Positions 17,408 through 27,262 of a stretch of 64,000 bases of DNA are shown piece by piece. A program made the translations under genes and the position numbers. The notes beneath the pieces were generated by a model that had not been told where the DNA came from, ran no database searches, and saw nothing but the letters and a program-made list of their open reading frames with translations. Positions within the stretch are counted from its first letter, which is position 1, and each line of letters begins with the position of its first letter. The stretch lies in IMG/VR virus record IMGVR_UViG_3300045988_096839. One strand, given 5' to 3'. The DNA is from a virus.

Positions 17408-17959
17408 ATGGATGCAGCAATAATTAAATTAGTAGACCAGGCAAAAGAAGGCAATAACACAGCCTTCACTAAGCTTTATAACAAATATAAACAAAATATT
17501 TGGTATACGATATTAAATATCGTAAAAAATACCGATATTGCAGATGATTTATTATCTGTTGTATTTACTAAAGCTTATGTTAAGTTGCAATCGTATATAA
17601 ATCATATTTCATTTGAAATGTGGCTAAAAACCATAGCTGTTAATACAGCAATTGATTATATACGTAAATATAAAAATGAGCAATTAAATAATTATATGGA
17701 TGATAAGGATTGCAAAATGCAACTAGAGGGGTTAGAAAAGAGTCCTGAAGAAAAAATGATATTACAGGAAAAGATTAAAATCGTAAACAAAGTAATCCCA
17801 ACCCTCAAAAAGAAATATAGAGATTTAATTGAAGCTCGTATTTCAGGTATGACTTATAAAGAAATGGCTGAAAAATTTAATCTTACGGAGTTATCTGTAA
17901 AAAGCCTCCTAAACAAGGCTCGCCAGAAGCTCAAAACAAAATTTAACAAAATTGTTTAA
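17408..17959 (+). CDS. ECF-type sigma-70 family RNA polymerase sigma factor
   Basis: Region 2-like DDLLSVVFTKAYVKLQSY...FEMWLKTIAVNTAIDYIRKYK and region 4-like KKKYRDLIEARISGMTYKEMAEKFNLTELSVKSLLNKARQKLK. Confidence 0.8.
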   Translation: MDAAIIKLVDQAKEGNNTAFTKLYNKYKQNIWYTILNIVKNTDIADDLLSVVFTKAYVKLQSYINHISFEMWLKTIAVNTAIDYIRKYKNEQLNNYMDDKDCKMQLEGLEKSPEEKMILQEKIKIVNKVIPTLKKKYRDLIEARISGMTYKEMAEKFNLTELSVKSLLNKARQKLKTKFNKIV

Positions 17960-17976
17960 CTTAAAAACCAAAACTA

Positions 17977-18312
17977 ATGCAAAGTGCAATCTTAATTTCA
18001 ATCGTAGCTGTGATTCTCTTTATTTACGCGCGCATTATGAGAGATCATAGAATCTACAACAGACTTATTATCTGTGCGGCACTCGCATTTGTTGTAGGTT
18101 CTTGCATTAAGAGTAAATCTCTTCATGCAGAAGTTACTAAGTCTGAGGTGATTACTACTTCTAATCCCACATTACACACAGATTCTACTGCATTTGTACC
18201 GCAGTCATGTGAGCCAGTAATGAGTCAGGAAAAGGAGAGTGACATAGTAATTCCGAAGACTGAAAGACTTAAGAACCTTCCGACAGACGTGGAGATTGAG
18301 GACGATAGTTGA
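17977..18312 (+). CDS. two-pass membrane protein, possible anti-sigma partner
   Basis: Lies immediately downstream of the sigma gene. Hydrophobic helices AILISIVAVILFIYARI and LIICAALAFVVGSCI. The function is inferred from position only. Confidence 0.35.
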   Translation: MQSAILISIVAVILFIYARIMRDHRIYNRLIICAALAFVVGSCIKSKSLHAEVTKSEVITTSNPTLHTDSTAFVPQSCEPVMSQEKESDIVIPKTERLKNLPTDVEIEDDS

Positions 18313-18392
18313 AGAGATTAATCTTTTGTTTATATCGCCCTTTATTTATTAACCAATTAACCAAGTAATTAACATTTAAAACCATTATCAAA

Positions 18393-19826
18393 ATGAGTAA
18401 GAAAACAAAAAGCGCAGCTACATTAGCTGACAAGAAAAAGAACAATAAAACAGTTAAAGAAACAACAGCAACAACAGTAGAAAATCCAACTCCAGCTCCG
18501 GCTCCGGCTCCAGAACCAAAACCTGAAGAAAAACCGGAACCGACTCCAGCGCCTGCACCAGAACCTGCACCAGCTCCAGAAAATAAAAAGCCTGATTCAA
18601 AGCCAGCTGAAAAATCAGCTAAAAAGAAACCTGAAAAGGAATCTGAAAAGGAAGTGGAAACTATTATTCCAGAAGTAATTGCTCCAAAACCTTCTGAAAA
18701 GAAGAATTCAGCTACACAGCTTGCAAAAGCATTTAACGTAGCAGCAATGAATGCACTTGCAAACGGTGATCGTATCAGTGCTGATCAGGGTATCACATTG
18801 ATGAATTTAATTCATCAGCGTTATCTTAATAATCCTGATACACCGGCAGACGCTAAGGAATTTATGTCCAAACAGTTTGATGCAATGGCTCTTCGTAACA
18901 TCATTCTCTGGAATGCTCAGACAAAGGAAGAATTAGGTAATGCCGGTTTGAAAGTAAACGAAGAAATGTTCAATGCCATCAACGAAGGACTTGCTTTGTA
19001 CTATGGTATTGAAGCAAAAGCGCTTCCGTCACCAGATGGAGATGGTCAGCTTCAGTTACAGTTTGAAGCTCCGCAAGAAGTAGAAAAACAAGCAAAAGAA
19101 AGTAAAGAAGCTGAAAAGCAGGAAATCTCTGTAGAATACAAAGAAGGAATGTCTGAAGAAGAAATCCAGAATGCGTTGGCAAAAATTCTTAATCAATCCG
19201 GTGCAGGAATGGACAATAATTTAAAGAATGCAATTGCTTTTGCAAAGAAAGCATATTCTTTAACAACAGACGATCCATCTGAAGTAGTTGCTGCAATTAT
19301 CCAGAAATTACCAAAAGGACAACTTCTGTTAGAAGGATTTGGTCGTATGATTTACGGCTCATATACCACAAATGATGGTCCATTTACAGCACATGCAATT
19401 CTTAAGAGTCGCTTGAAATCGCTGAATTATTCGGACAATCAACTCGCAAAACTCGTACAGTTATTCTTTGTACTTGGTGCAAGAGTAAACTACGAGAAGG
19501 TAAAATCTGAAACAGAATCGTTTGCAGATTATGTAAAACCTTGGAACTTGTTAACCAAAGCACTCAATGATCAAATCATCATTGATATCATTGGTACACA
19601 AAAGAATCCTACAAATTTTGTAGAAGTTCCAAAGATTACCGGATTATCTACTGGTAAGTTCAACTGTCCAAAGATTTTGCATCAGTTAAAAGATGCATAT
19701 GGTACAAACCTTAATGATTCGCAACTGAAGAAACAGATGCAAATTATTCTGTCTTTGTATCAGAAAGAAGAGATGGATCCAATGGCAGACTATATCGAAA
19801 AGTCAATCTATGCCACAAGTAAATAA
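18393..19826 (+). CDS. hypothetical protein with Pro/Ala/Glu/Lys-rich disordered N-terminus (477 aa)
   Basis: Intact ORF with PAPAPEP-type low complexity in the first 100 aa or so, followed by a globular-looking region. TAA stop. Confidence 0.6.
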   Translation: MSKKTKSAATLADKKKNNKTVKETTATTVENPTPAPAPAPEPKPEEKPEPTPAPAPEPAPAPENKKPDSKPAEKSAKKKPEKESEKEVETIIPEVIAPKPSEKKNSATQLAKAFNVAAMNALANGDRISADQGITLMNLIHQRYLNNPDTPADAKEFMSKQFDAMALRNIILWNAQTKEELGNAGLKVNEEMFNAINEGLALYYGIEAKALPSPDGDGQLQLQFEAPQEVEKQAKESKEAEKQEISVEYKEGMSEEEIQNALAKILNQSGAGMDNNLKNAIAFAKKAYSLTTDDPSEVVAAIIQKLPKGQLLLEGFGRMIYGSYTTNDGPFTAHAILKSRLKSLNYSDNQLAKLVQLFFVLGARVNYEKVKSETESFADYVKPWNLLTKALNDQIIIDIIGTQKNPTNFVEVPKITGLSTGKFNCPKILHQLKDAYGTNLNDSQLKKQMQIILSLYQKEEMDPMADYIEKSIYATSK

Positions 19827-19852
19827 CTTTTAAAAAAGGAGGACCTATAAAA

Positions 19853-20227
19853 ATGAAACGTATTAACGGAATCATCACGATTCTGACAATCGCAATCAGT
19901 GGTTATATTGGGTATTCTACAAACTTTGTAAATACTGCAACAGCAACCGCAGTTCCGATAGAAAGTAAGATTATCTTACCAGAACTACCGAAAACAGGCT
20001 TTAATTTGAATATTGATATGAATACTGGAAAAGTAGTTGCAAATGCTTCCCAAAATATTCGTGTAGATATTCAGAAAAAAGACTCTATCGTTACTCGATG
20101 GAAAACTAAAATCGTAGAAAAACCAATTTATATTCGAGTAAGAGAACTTCCTCGGCTTAAAAGAGAAAGAACAATTGTAAGTTCTTTTGTAAACACCGAA
20201 GAACTTTATAACTTACATTGTAAGTAA
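19853..20227 (+). CDS. membrane-anchored protein (124 aa)
   Basis: N-terminal hydrophobic helix GIITILTIAISGYIGY; TAA stop. Confidence 0.5.
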   Translation: MKRINGIITILTIAISGYIGYSTNFVNTATATAVPIESKIILPELPKTGFNLNIDMNTGKVVANASQNIRVDIQKKDSIVTRWKTKIVEKPIYIRVRELPRLKRERTIVSSFVNTEELYNLHCK

Positions 20228-22176
20228 GCAAAATAAAATTCGTGCTAGCGTATCTAGTAAACTCGCCAAGATATCTAAATCTTAATGAGTAGTGATTAAA
20301 TGTAGGAGATTTATCACAAACAGTACAGGATATTGAGTAGGTATAGTCGATTTATCTGTCTAATAAATCGCATCGAGAAGTAATAACATCTCAATCTAAT
20401 GGCTACCACCATTGGTTATATTGAAAAATATGATAACTCTATATGTCGAATTTACTGTTTAAGACTGAAAAGTTATAGAGAAAATGGGAGAGCGTTTCAC
20501 AACCCATAAGTGAGAACCGAACTGGTGACTAAAAGACGCAATTAGAGAATCAGCAGATTCAATAATTAAACGATAGAAAAAGTCCTGAAATGGCTAGGTA
20601 TCGTAAACCTAACATCCGCGTATCAATCAAGATATGAATCAAGAAGGGATGTAAACACGAGTTGCAAACTCGAAAAAGGTTCGAGTATAAAGAACTATTA
20701 AGACTTCCAACCTCTTAATACTTTTATAATAGGATTGATTAACATCCTAGGTGGGCTCCAAACCTTCCTTGCGGTTTGTAAACGCTAAAATAATACCAAA
20801 CATAGTGTTCTATTACGTCAACCTCTGGAAGTTGGCTCAGAAGAGCTTAAAAACGTATATATGAAGGTGTTTGTTTTATTTATATAGCACTATTGATTGC
20901 AGTGAGTTAGTAAATTGCGTATTCATAGAATTGTAGATAAAACGTTCGTTGTAAGAATGAAATATTAGCGTAATGTTATGTTAACCAGTACATAACTAAT
21001 CTGAACAAGTAAGTTGCAAGACTTAATCCTCCGTTGAAGGGAGATGTGTGAATTCAAGTATAAATAAGACGAAAGTGGTCGATGTCATTATACCACTATA
21101 ATTTCTAACGTGCTTTGCACTAGATTATGACAATGACTTTGCGGATGAAGAGCGCAATAACTCTATTTCGGTATATAGATGATTTTGGTATAAATCTATA
21201 TTATAAATAAGTTAACCTGGACTAGAACTGGATGACAAATTCTAGACAAGGTAGGACAGCAATCCTTATCGCTGTATCTGAAAACAATCGATACACATTC
21301 CAGTGTATACGAAAGGGCTTAGATTAGTACCGGAGAACATTGTTCCTTATTTAGGTAGCATAAGTAATAGATGTTATTACTTTTGAAAGTAAATCCTAGA
21401 TAACAGGTATAATTAATTATATGTTTAATCTTTTAAAAAATGTGGAAGTCCAATGGAATGTATTTAAGAAGTAAGCATTTAGCTGAAACTAATACTCTCC
21501 ACCCACGACTGTATAAAATAATTTGCAGTAAAACGAAAGTCATGAGCAGCAACTCATGTTAGTAGGTTCGCTGATTCCTTCATTAAGGATGATAGGTGGA
21601 AATCCTAAGATTATATGCAGGATAAGAACGAAATCGTAAGTACACGTAGGGTACACAAAGGACCCTTAAAGCAGAGTGGGTGTTTTGAAACATAAACAGC
21701 TCTTGCATGGTTTTTGGTAACGTTTTTCAACAAAAACGACCGGTGAAACTACGACATAGTCTAAAGCTGGTTAACAGCTATACCAACAACAAGCACGTCG
21801 AAATTTGATTCTGTTAGGCTTGTAAAATAATCAGAGTCCCGTACTCCTTACGTTAATAGGAAAATCGCTTTAATACATATTTCATTATGGGTATATATCT
21901 CCTACCGTTGGAGTCCCGTTATATTATTTTAATAGTATAACTAATTTAATATGTTTAAAGTAAAACATATATTACCAGATAATATCATCAAAAATAACAG
22001 ATTTATATATCAGTTTTTATATTGGTGAGAACTCAAAATGTTATTGAATTAACTAATCCTTTTTAAGTTTTTTAAAACGATAAGATATTAGACGCTTATG
22101 GATTACGAGAAAAAGAGTTCTCAAGAACTTTAGAGTTTATTAAAATCATTTTACTAATTTAAAAATCAAGAAAACT
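20228..22176. other. 1.95 kb ORF-free, hairpin-dense region (candidate large structured RNA)
   Basis: No ORF of 60 aa or more in any frame, with TAA, TAG and TGA all frequent in all frames. It is GC-richer than the flanking genes. It contains many local helices with GAAA-type loops (CGAAAG at least 3 times) and an alternative-pairing triplet CGAGT/ACTCG/CGAGT at 20658-20686. Confidence 0.4.
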
Positions 22177-22740
22177 ATGGATAAAAATAATTTTGGTTTG
22201 GCTAAATTTACCGAACAGGAAACACGGAATTACGCACCTATGATGCGGGCATATAACGGAGTGATTGGTATGAAGATTTGTTGCATCAAATCTGACAATA
22301 TCGATTTAAAATATAAGGAAAAGAAGAATGCAAATACTATTGCATCTTTGTGTACTAACATTCCAGTCAAAAAGTATTTCGTAGAATCATTTACTGTATT
22401 GAGTATTGCTCTCGATAAAGCAGCAAATGGTAGTCCGGTAATCAACTTCAATGGTCAATCCGAACTTACATTTCCACTGTCTCCAGATACAACAGACAGT
22501 CTTTTGAACGCAACTCGGGCTTCTATTAATGATGCAATTACCGAGTTCGAAGCAACTGGTAAAGTTAAATTCTTTACTGATATCGCTCTGTGTACTCAGG
22601 TAGCACAGGAGTTGAACGACATGAACGCCGATGCAATTGATAAGTTCGTAGAAAGTCTGATGAATCAGGCAAGCTCATTACGGACTCTTAACAAGACCAT
22701 GGGCTCAGAATTAGATGAATATACTAAGTCTCTTGAATAA
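22177..22740 (+). CDS. hypothetical protein (187 aa)
   Basis: Intact ORF with a TAA stop. Confidence 0.55.
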   Translation: MDKNNFGLAKFTEQETRNYAPMMRAYNGVIGMKICCIKSDNIDLKYKEKKNANTIASLCTNIPVKKYFVESFTVLSIALDKAANGSPVINFNGQSELTFPLSPDTTDSLLNATRASINDAITEFEATGKVKFFTDIALCTQVAQELNDMNADAIDKFVESLMNQASSLRTLNKTMGSELDEYTKSLE

Positions 22741-22751
22741 TCTTTGTAATT

Positions 22752-23258
22752 ATGGACGCAATACATATTGAAAAACTGCGTCTTTTAATAAACGATCCTA
22801 TCGTACGTGAACAGCTGACAGTGGATGGAGTTACAGCTGGTAAAGTACGTATAGAAGAAAATGGAGATATCGTATTAGGAAGAAGTTCTAATGGTTGGGT
22901 GAACTTTCTTTTTAATTCGAACTATCGAATCAGTTTCTTTGAATTGTCTATAAAGATTGCAAAAATTTATATTGGCACAATTAATAATAAAAGTTTGGTT
23001 GGGTTTCTTAAAGAATTGTGCGAAAATAAAATTAAAGGAGATAATCGAGAAGAAATCGTAGATTTACTTCTCATGTATGCAATGTTATTCGTCAAAAATA
23101 GTATTCTTAAATCACAATATATTAAGGATAATGATTTAGACGAATATCCAAAGGACCCACGCTTACGGCGTTTTAAATTAGGCGGTAAAGCAACCGCATT
23201 TGTAAAATTAGGAGGACAAGATTTTCCTATATCTTTTGATATTATAGAAGATGCTTAA
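22752..23258 (+). CDS. hypothetical protein (168 aa)
   Basis: Intact ORF with a TAA stop. It contains one TTGGTTGGGT copy at 22995-23004. Confidence 0.55.
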   Translation: MDAIHIEKLRLLINDPIVREQLTVDGVTAGKVRIEENGDIVLGRSSNGWVNFLFNSNYRISFFELSIKIAKIYIGTINNKSLVGFLKELCENKIKGDNREEIVDLLLMYAMLFVKNSILKSQYIKDNDLDEYPKDPRLRRFKLGGKATAFVKLGGQDFPISFDIIEDA

Positions 23259-23387
23259 AATATTGGTTGGGTAATTTTAAGTTATTCTAAATAAAAAGAA
23301 CAAACACATCGGTCATTGGTTGGGTAGACCGATTTAACCTTTTAATTAGCACGTTGGTTGGGTTTGTGCAATGGTGCTTGGTTGGGT
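22995..23387 (+). repeat. five direct copies of TTGGTTGGGT, three displayed in hairpin loops
   Basis: Copies at 22995, 23263, 23316, 23354 and 23378. The last three sit in the loops of stems CGGTC/GACCG, GCAC/GTGC and GTGC/GCAC. Confidence 0.6.
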
Positions 23388-23558
23388 ATGCACTATCTGC
23401 CTCTGATACGTATGCTGTAATTGGCATATAATAAATGAAATCCTATAGAAGAAGATTAGGATGCGTGTTTCGATACCGACAGAGGCACACAGGTAAATGA
23501 TTTCATACATGGTTTTAAAGTAAATTCATTTTATTAACATTTAAAATCAAAAGAAACA

Positions 23559-24059
23559 ATGAAATCAACAGCAAAAAATATTCTATCAAAACGTGATAAC
23601 TTAAGTAATGAAATTTCTAAGTATTGGAATATCATTTATGTAGAAAACGTAGTTAATCGTAATTATAAACGTAATTATGATTTAAAAGCGTTGTACGAAA
23701 CTATTTTGGATTTAGCTGAACAACGTAGTTTAACTAAATTCAAAGCTTTGTGTATCAATATGGGAATCTTTAAATTCTCAGAAGTACCTATGGATAATAT
23801 CCAATTAGATATTTTCCGTCTAGCAGAAATGAAGGAAATTAAAGTAAAGCTAGGAAAGATTCGTACAATTAATCCTAAGTTAAAAGCTGCAAAAGGAAAG
23901 AAAGCTTTGAACAAAACAGAAGTTTTAACTTCTAATTGGATTAAAGCGCGTATTAAAGATATTGACTTAAAGATTACAGAAATTGAAAAGAAGATTTCTG
24001 ACTTTAATGAATCGCATGAATTAGATGAAGAAAAAGCACCAATGTCATTGGCTGCCTAA
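23559..24059 (+). CDS. hypothetical protein (166 aa)
   Basis: Intact ORF with a TAA stop, followed by a clear terminator. Confidence 0.55.
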   Translation: MKSTAKNILSKRDNLSNEISKYWNIIYVENVVNRNYKRNYDLKALYETILDLAEQRSLTKFKALCINMGIFKFSEVPMDNIQLDIFRLAEMKEIKVKLGKIRTINPKLKAAKGKKALNKTEVLTSNWIKARIKDIDLKITEIEKKISDFNESHELDEEKAPMSLAA

Positions 24060-24077
24060 TCGTGTGTCTATAAAAAA

Positions 24078-24097
24078 GGGGAGTATTCTCCCCTTTT
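24078..24097 (+). terminator. intrinsic terminator
   Basis: GGGGAG-TATT-CTCCCC followed by TTTT, preceded by an A-run. Confidence 0.6.
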
Positions 24098-24124
24098 AAT
24101 GTTTAATCAATAAACTTTAATATT

Positions 24125-24562
24125 ATGTTTGGACATTATACTTATATCATTACTAAGAGAAATAATAAAATTGTATCTAGAAAAATTTGGTCTTACTCTT
24201 GGACAGTAAAAGCAAATTTAAAACGTAAACGTTATCACGAAACTAAAAATGGTAAGTCTTATCTAAGATTACCTATCAAAAGTAAAGCGAAACCAAGTAA
24301 ATTGGAATTGCTTAACGCACGTCCTTTTAGTGAATATCATTATAAACTTATTGAACAAGCTTATTCACAAAAGAGTAAATCTATGCAAATTTTGAAAAAA
24401 TATGCAGAGAACAACAAACATTTAATTGACATAGAAAATATGTCACATAAGCTAAAAGCTTATAAATCAAGCTTAAAGCTTAAAAATCCTAAGAATATGT
24501 TGTACAGAATAGAAACTTATCATATTGATGAAAAACAAAAAAATAAAAACTACATCAGTTAA
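24125..24562 (+). CDS. basic hypothetical protein (145 aa)
   Basis: Intact Lys/Arg-rich ORF with a TAA stop. Confidence 0.5.
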   Translation: MFGHYTYIITKRNNKIVSRKIWSYSWTVKANLKRKRYHETKNGKSYLRLPIKSKAKPSKLELLNARPFSEYHYKLIEQAYSQKSKSMQILKKYAENNKHLIDIENMSHKLKAYKSSLKLKNPKNMLYRIETYHIDEKQKNKNYIS

Positions 24563-24709
24563 GTACGTTTCTAATTTACCAGAAGTTAATTATTTAGCTA
24601 ATCTAAATAGAACATTGTCAGAAAATTCTAATTATCATCATGTAAGTGTTAAAGATAAGAAAGATAATGTATTAATGATTATGGTAAATTGTGCAGCATA
24701 AACTTATCG

Positions 24710-24782
24710 ACTTCTGTAGCTAAACTGGAAAAAGCATTACACTGATAAGGTAAGATTATGGGTTCGAATCCCGTCAGAAGTC
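24710..24782 (+). tRNA. tRNA-Ile (anticodon GAT)
   Basis: Acceptor ACTTCTG/CAGAAGT; D arm GCTA-AACTGGAAA-AAGC; anticodon arm TTACA-CTGATAA-GGTAA (A31/G39 mismatch; the loop is identical to E. coli tRNA-Ile GAU); T arm ATGGG-TTCGAAT-CCCGT. It ends 16 nt before the PolB ATG. Confidence 0.75.
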
Positions 24783-24798
24783 CTAAATTAGGAATTAT

Positions 24799-26649
24799 AT
24801 GAAAATACGTAATAAAACAGCATATGTATACGATATAGAAGTATTTAAAAATGTATTTCATTGTACACTATTAAATACTGAAACAGAAGAATTAATAAAA
24901 TTCGAATGCTCTGTACGTAAAAATGAAATGGAAGAAATGTGTAAATTCTTCTTACAACCAGATATATGTTTAGTTGGATATAATAATATACATTATGATA
25001 ATCCAATAATAAATTACTGTATTGAATATTTTTCTAATTCTAAATATACATATGATAAAATCTGTATGTCCATCTTTAATTTATCAACTATTATTACAAA
25101 AGATAAAGAAAATATTGATAAATGGAAAAGATGGAAATATGCGAATAATTTTTATACATTAGATTTACTTACTATGTTATATAGTCAAGCATTAAGAGTA
25201 TCTTTAAAAGAGATGCAAGTAACTATGATGTATAAAAATGTTCAAGAATTTAATTGCAATTGGCAAATCCCTTTAGCAACAACAGAAATAGATTCTATGA
25301 TAGATTATAATATAAATGATGTTATGTCTACTTATGAATTACTTAAACGCTGTGAAAAAGATATAAAACTTCGTTTAGATATTGAAGATCAATATAATAT
25401 TAAATGTCTTAGTAAAGACGGCGTTAATATTGGTATGCAAATATTAGCTGAAGAATATATGCGTAAAACAGGTATATCTTGGAATATATTAAAAGATTTA
25501 CGTTCTCCAGCAGATACTATAAATCTAAATGAAATTATTCTTCCGTTTATAAAGTATGATACAAAAATCCTTCAAGATTTACTTATTGAAATGAAATCAT
25601 TAACTGTTTCTCCTGGAAGAAAAAGTTACGAAAAGAAATTTCTATTAGGAGATAGAGTAATATCAGTAGGAGTAGGAGGAATTCATACTATAAATGAATC
25701 AGAAATAATTATTCCAAACGAAGATGAAATTCTTGTAGATTTAGATGTTGCATCACTATATCCAAGTATGTTACTTAATTTTGATTTTTATCCTAGACAT
25801 TTAGGAAAAGAATTTAAAGAAGTATATGCAGATATTCGAGAAAGACGAATAAAAGCAAAACATGCAAAAGATAAAGTTACAGATGCTACTTTAAAATTAG
25901 CTTTAAACGGCTTATCAGGAAATCTACAAAATGAATTTAGTTGGTGTTATGATCCAAAAGCAGTAATGGGCATTAGAATTAACGGTCAATTACTATTATT
26001 AATGTTAACAGAAAAATTGATGACATTAGGTATTACACCAATCCAATTAAATACAGATGGTATATTTGTTAAAATGCCTAAATCTGTATATTCTGAAGCA
26101 ATGAAAATTTGTAAAGAATGGGAAAATTTAACTGGTTTAGTATTAGAAGAAGATAGATTTAAAGCGTTTTATCAGTTAGCTGTTAATGATTATTTTGGAG
26201 TATTTGAAAATAATTTAATAAAAGAAAAAGGATGTTTTATTACATCTGTAATTCAAGGCAAAGGTCTAACTCCAAAAATAATACCAAAAGCAGTTGAAAA
26301 ATATTTTTTAGAAGGTATTAAACCTGAAGAATTTATTAAACAACATACAGATATAAAAGATTTTCTAATGTCTGAAAAGACTGGAAAACAATGGACCGTT
26401 GAATATAATGGTCAAACTCAACAAAGAACAAATCGTTTTTATGCTTCAACTGATGGCTGTTTTTTATATAAATGGAAAATAGATGATGGAGTAAAGAAAT
26501 ATCAAAATATGCTTACAGCATCAGGTGTTACTTTACTTAATAATTTTGATAATTTAAAAGAAAATCCAAAAATAAATTATCAATATTATATCACTGAAGC
26601 AAACAAAATAATAAATCAATTGAAAACTAAACAACTATCGTTGTTTTAA
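24799..26649 (+). CDS. family B DNA polymerase (compact, 616 aa)
   Basis: Exo I YDIEVF, Exo II GYNNIHYDNPII, Exo III YNINDVMSTYEL. Polymerase motif A is DLDVASLYPSM (DxxSLYPS) and motif C-like is QLNTDGIFV. Confidence 0.85.
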   Translation: MKIRNKTAYVYDIEVFKNVFHCTLLNTETEELIKFECSVRKNEMEEMCKFFLQPDICLVGYNNIHYDNPIINYCIEYFSNSKYTYDKICMSIFNLSTIITKDKENIDKWKRWKYANNFYTLDLLTMLYSQALRVSLKEMQVTMMYKNVQEFNCNWQIPLATTEIDSMIDYNINDVMSTYELLKRCEKDIKLRLDIEDQYNIKCLSKDGVNIGMQILAEEYMRKTGISWNILKDLRSPADTINLNEIILPFIKYDTKILQDLLIEMKSLTVSPGRKSYEKKFLLGDRVISVGVGGIHTINESEIIIPNEDEILVDLDVASLYPSMLLNFDFYPRHLGKEFKEVYADIRERRIKAKHAKDKVTDATLKLALNGLSGNLQNEFSWCYDPKAVMGIRINGQLLLLMLTEKLMTLGITPIQLNTDGIFVKMPKSVYSEAMKICKEWENLTGLVLEEDRFKAFYQLAVNDYFGVFENNLIKEKGCFITSVIQGKGLTPKIIPKAVEKYFLEGIKPEEFIKQHTDIKDFLMSEKTGKQWTVEYNGQTQQRTNRFYASTDGCFLYKWKIDDGVKKYQNMLTASGVTLLNNFDNLKENPKINYQYYITEANKIINQLKTKQLSLF

Positions 26650-26701
26650 CAGAAAATATCAGTTGTATCATATTTTGATAGTTGTAAGTAAATTTAAACT
26701 T

Positions 26702-27262
26702 ATGATATTAGAATTAGATACATCATTATTCAATATAGGGGAAATATCAATTAATCAATTAGTATTTTTAACTTTGTGTTTGAACGAAAAGCATCAAGCG
26801 AATCATCAAGACGTTCACCAGTTTCTCAGCCGAATTAGTGAAACAGAAATACAAAGTTTAATCGACCAAGATCTTGTCTCTTATACTACTGAAGATGACA
26901 ATAAAATTTATAAACCTACTGAAAAACTATTATCTTTTACTAAAAGTAAGAATGATTGGTTTGATGAGTTTTATGAAGTATTTCCAGTGTATGTTACTAG
27001 ACCAGACGGTACTAAAGGTTTTTTACGCTCAAATCTAAACAAATGTCGTAAAGAATATAATAGAATCGTAGGAAAATCTAGAGCAATGCACGAACATCTT
27101 TTAAATTGTCTTAATTGGGAAATCAATAATAAAATGATGACCGGTAAATTAGGATATATGAAAACGATGTGGAAATGGCTCACTCAACAAGAGTGGGAGA
27201 GCTTGGAAGAACAAATGCAATATGAACAGGAAGGAGGATCTTATGGATACCAACTCCGTTAA
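26702..27262 (+). CDS. hypothetical replication-module protein
   Basis: First ATG of the 26663 (TTG) ORF; TAA stop. No motif recognised. Confidence 0.45.
   Translation: MILELDTSLFNIGEISINQLVFLTLCLNEKHQANHQDVHQFLSRISETEIQSLIDQDLVSYTTEDDNKIYKPTEKLLSFTKSKNDWFDEFYEVFPVYVTRPDGTKGFLRSNLNKCRKEYNRIVGKSRAMHEHLLNCLNWEINNKMMTGKLGYMKTMWKWLTQQEWESLEEQMQYEQEGGSYGYQLR

Noticed and set aside
18480-18600. The repetitive CCAGC/CCGGC (PAPAPEP) DNA was considered as a CRISPR-like or tandem-repeat array.
   Set aside because: It is in frame within a long intact ORF and encodes a Pro/Ala/Glu low-complexity linker, with no repeat-spacer periodicity. No CRISPR array exists anywhere in the window.
23399-23486. A cloverleaf-like domain closed by GCCTCTG/CAGAGGC was considered as a sixth tRNA.
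   Set aside because: The arm lengths are wrong: an 11-nt loop on a 6-bp middle arm, no T-loop consensus with a paired T stem, and no GG D loop. It is better described as part of the structured leader following the TTGGTTGGGT array.
8939-24782. I searched for a canonical TAG suppressor tRNA (anticodon loop CTCTAAA or TTCTAAA) in the window.
   Set aside because: None of the TCTAA occurrences that I examined sits in a 5-bp stem / 7-nt loop with flanking D and T arms. These include about 9136, 9407, 13637, 13851, 13985, 14353, 15147 and several in 20.2-22.2 kb. The suppressor, if conventional, must lie outside this window.
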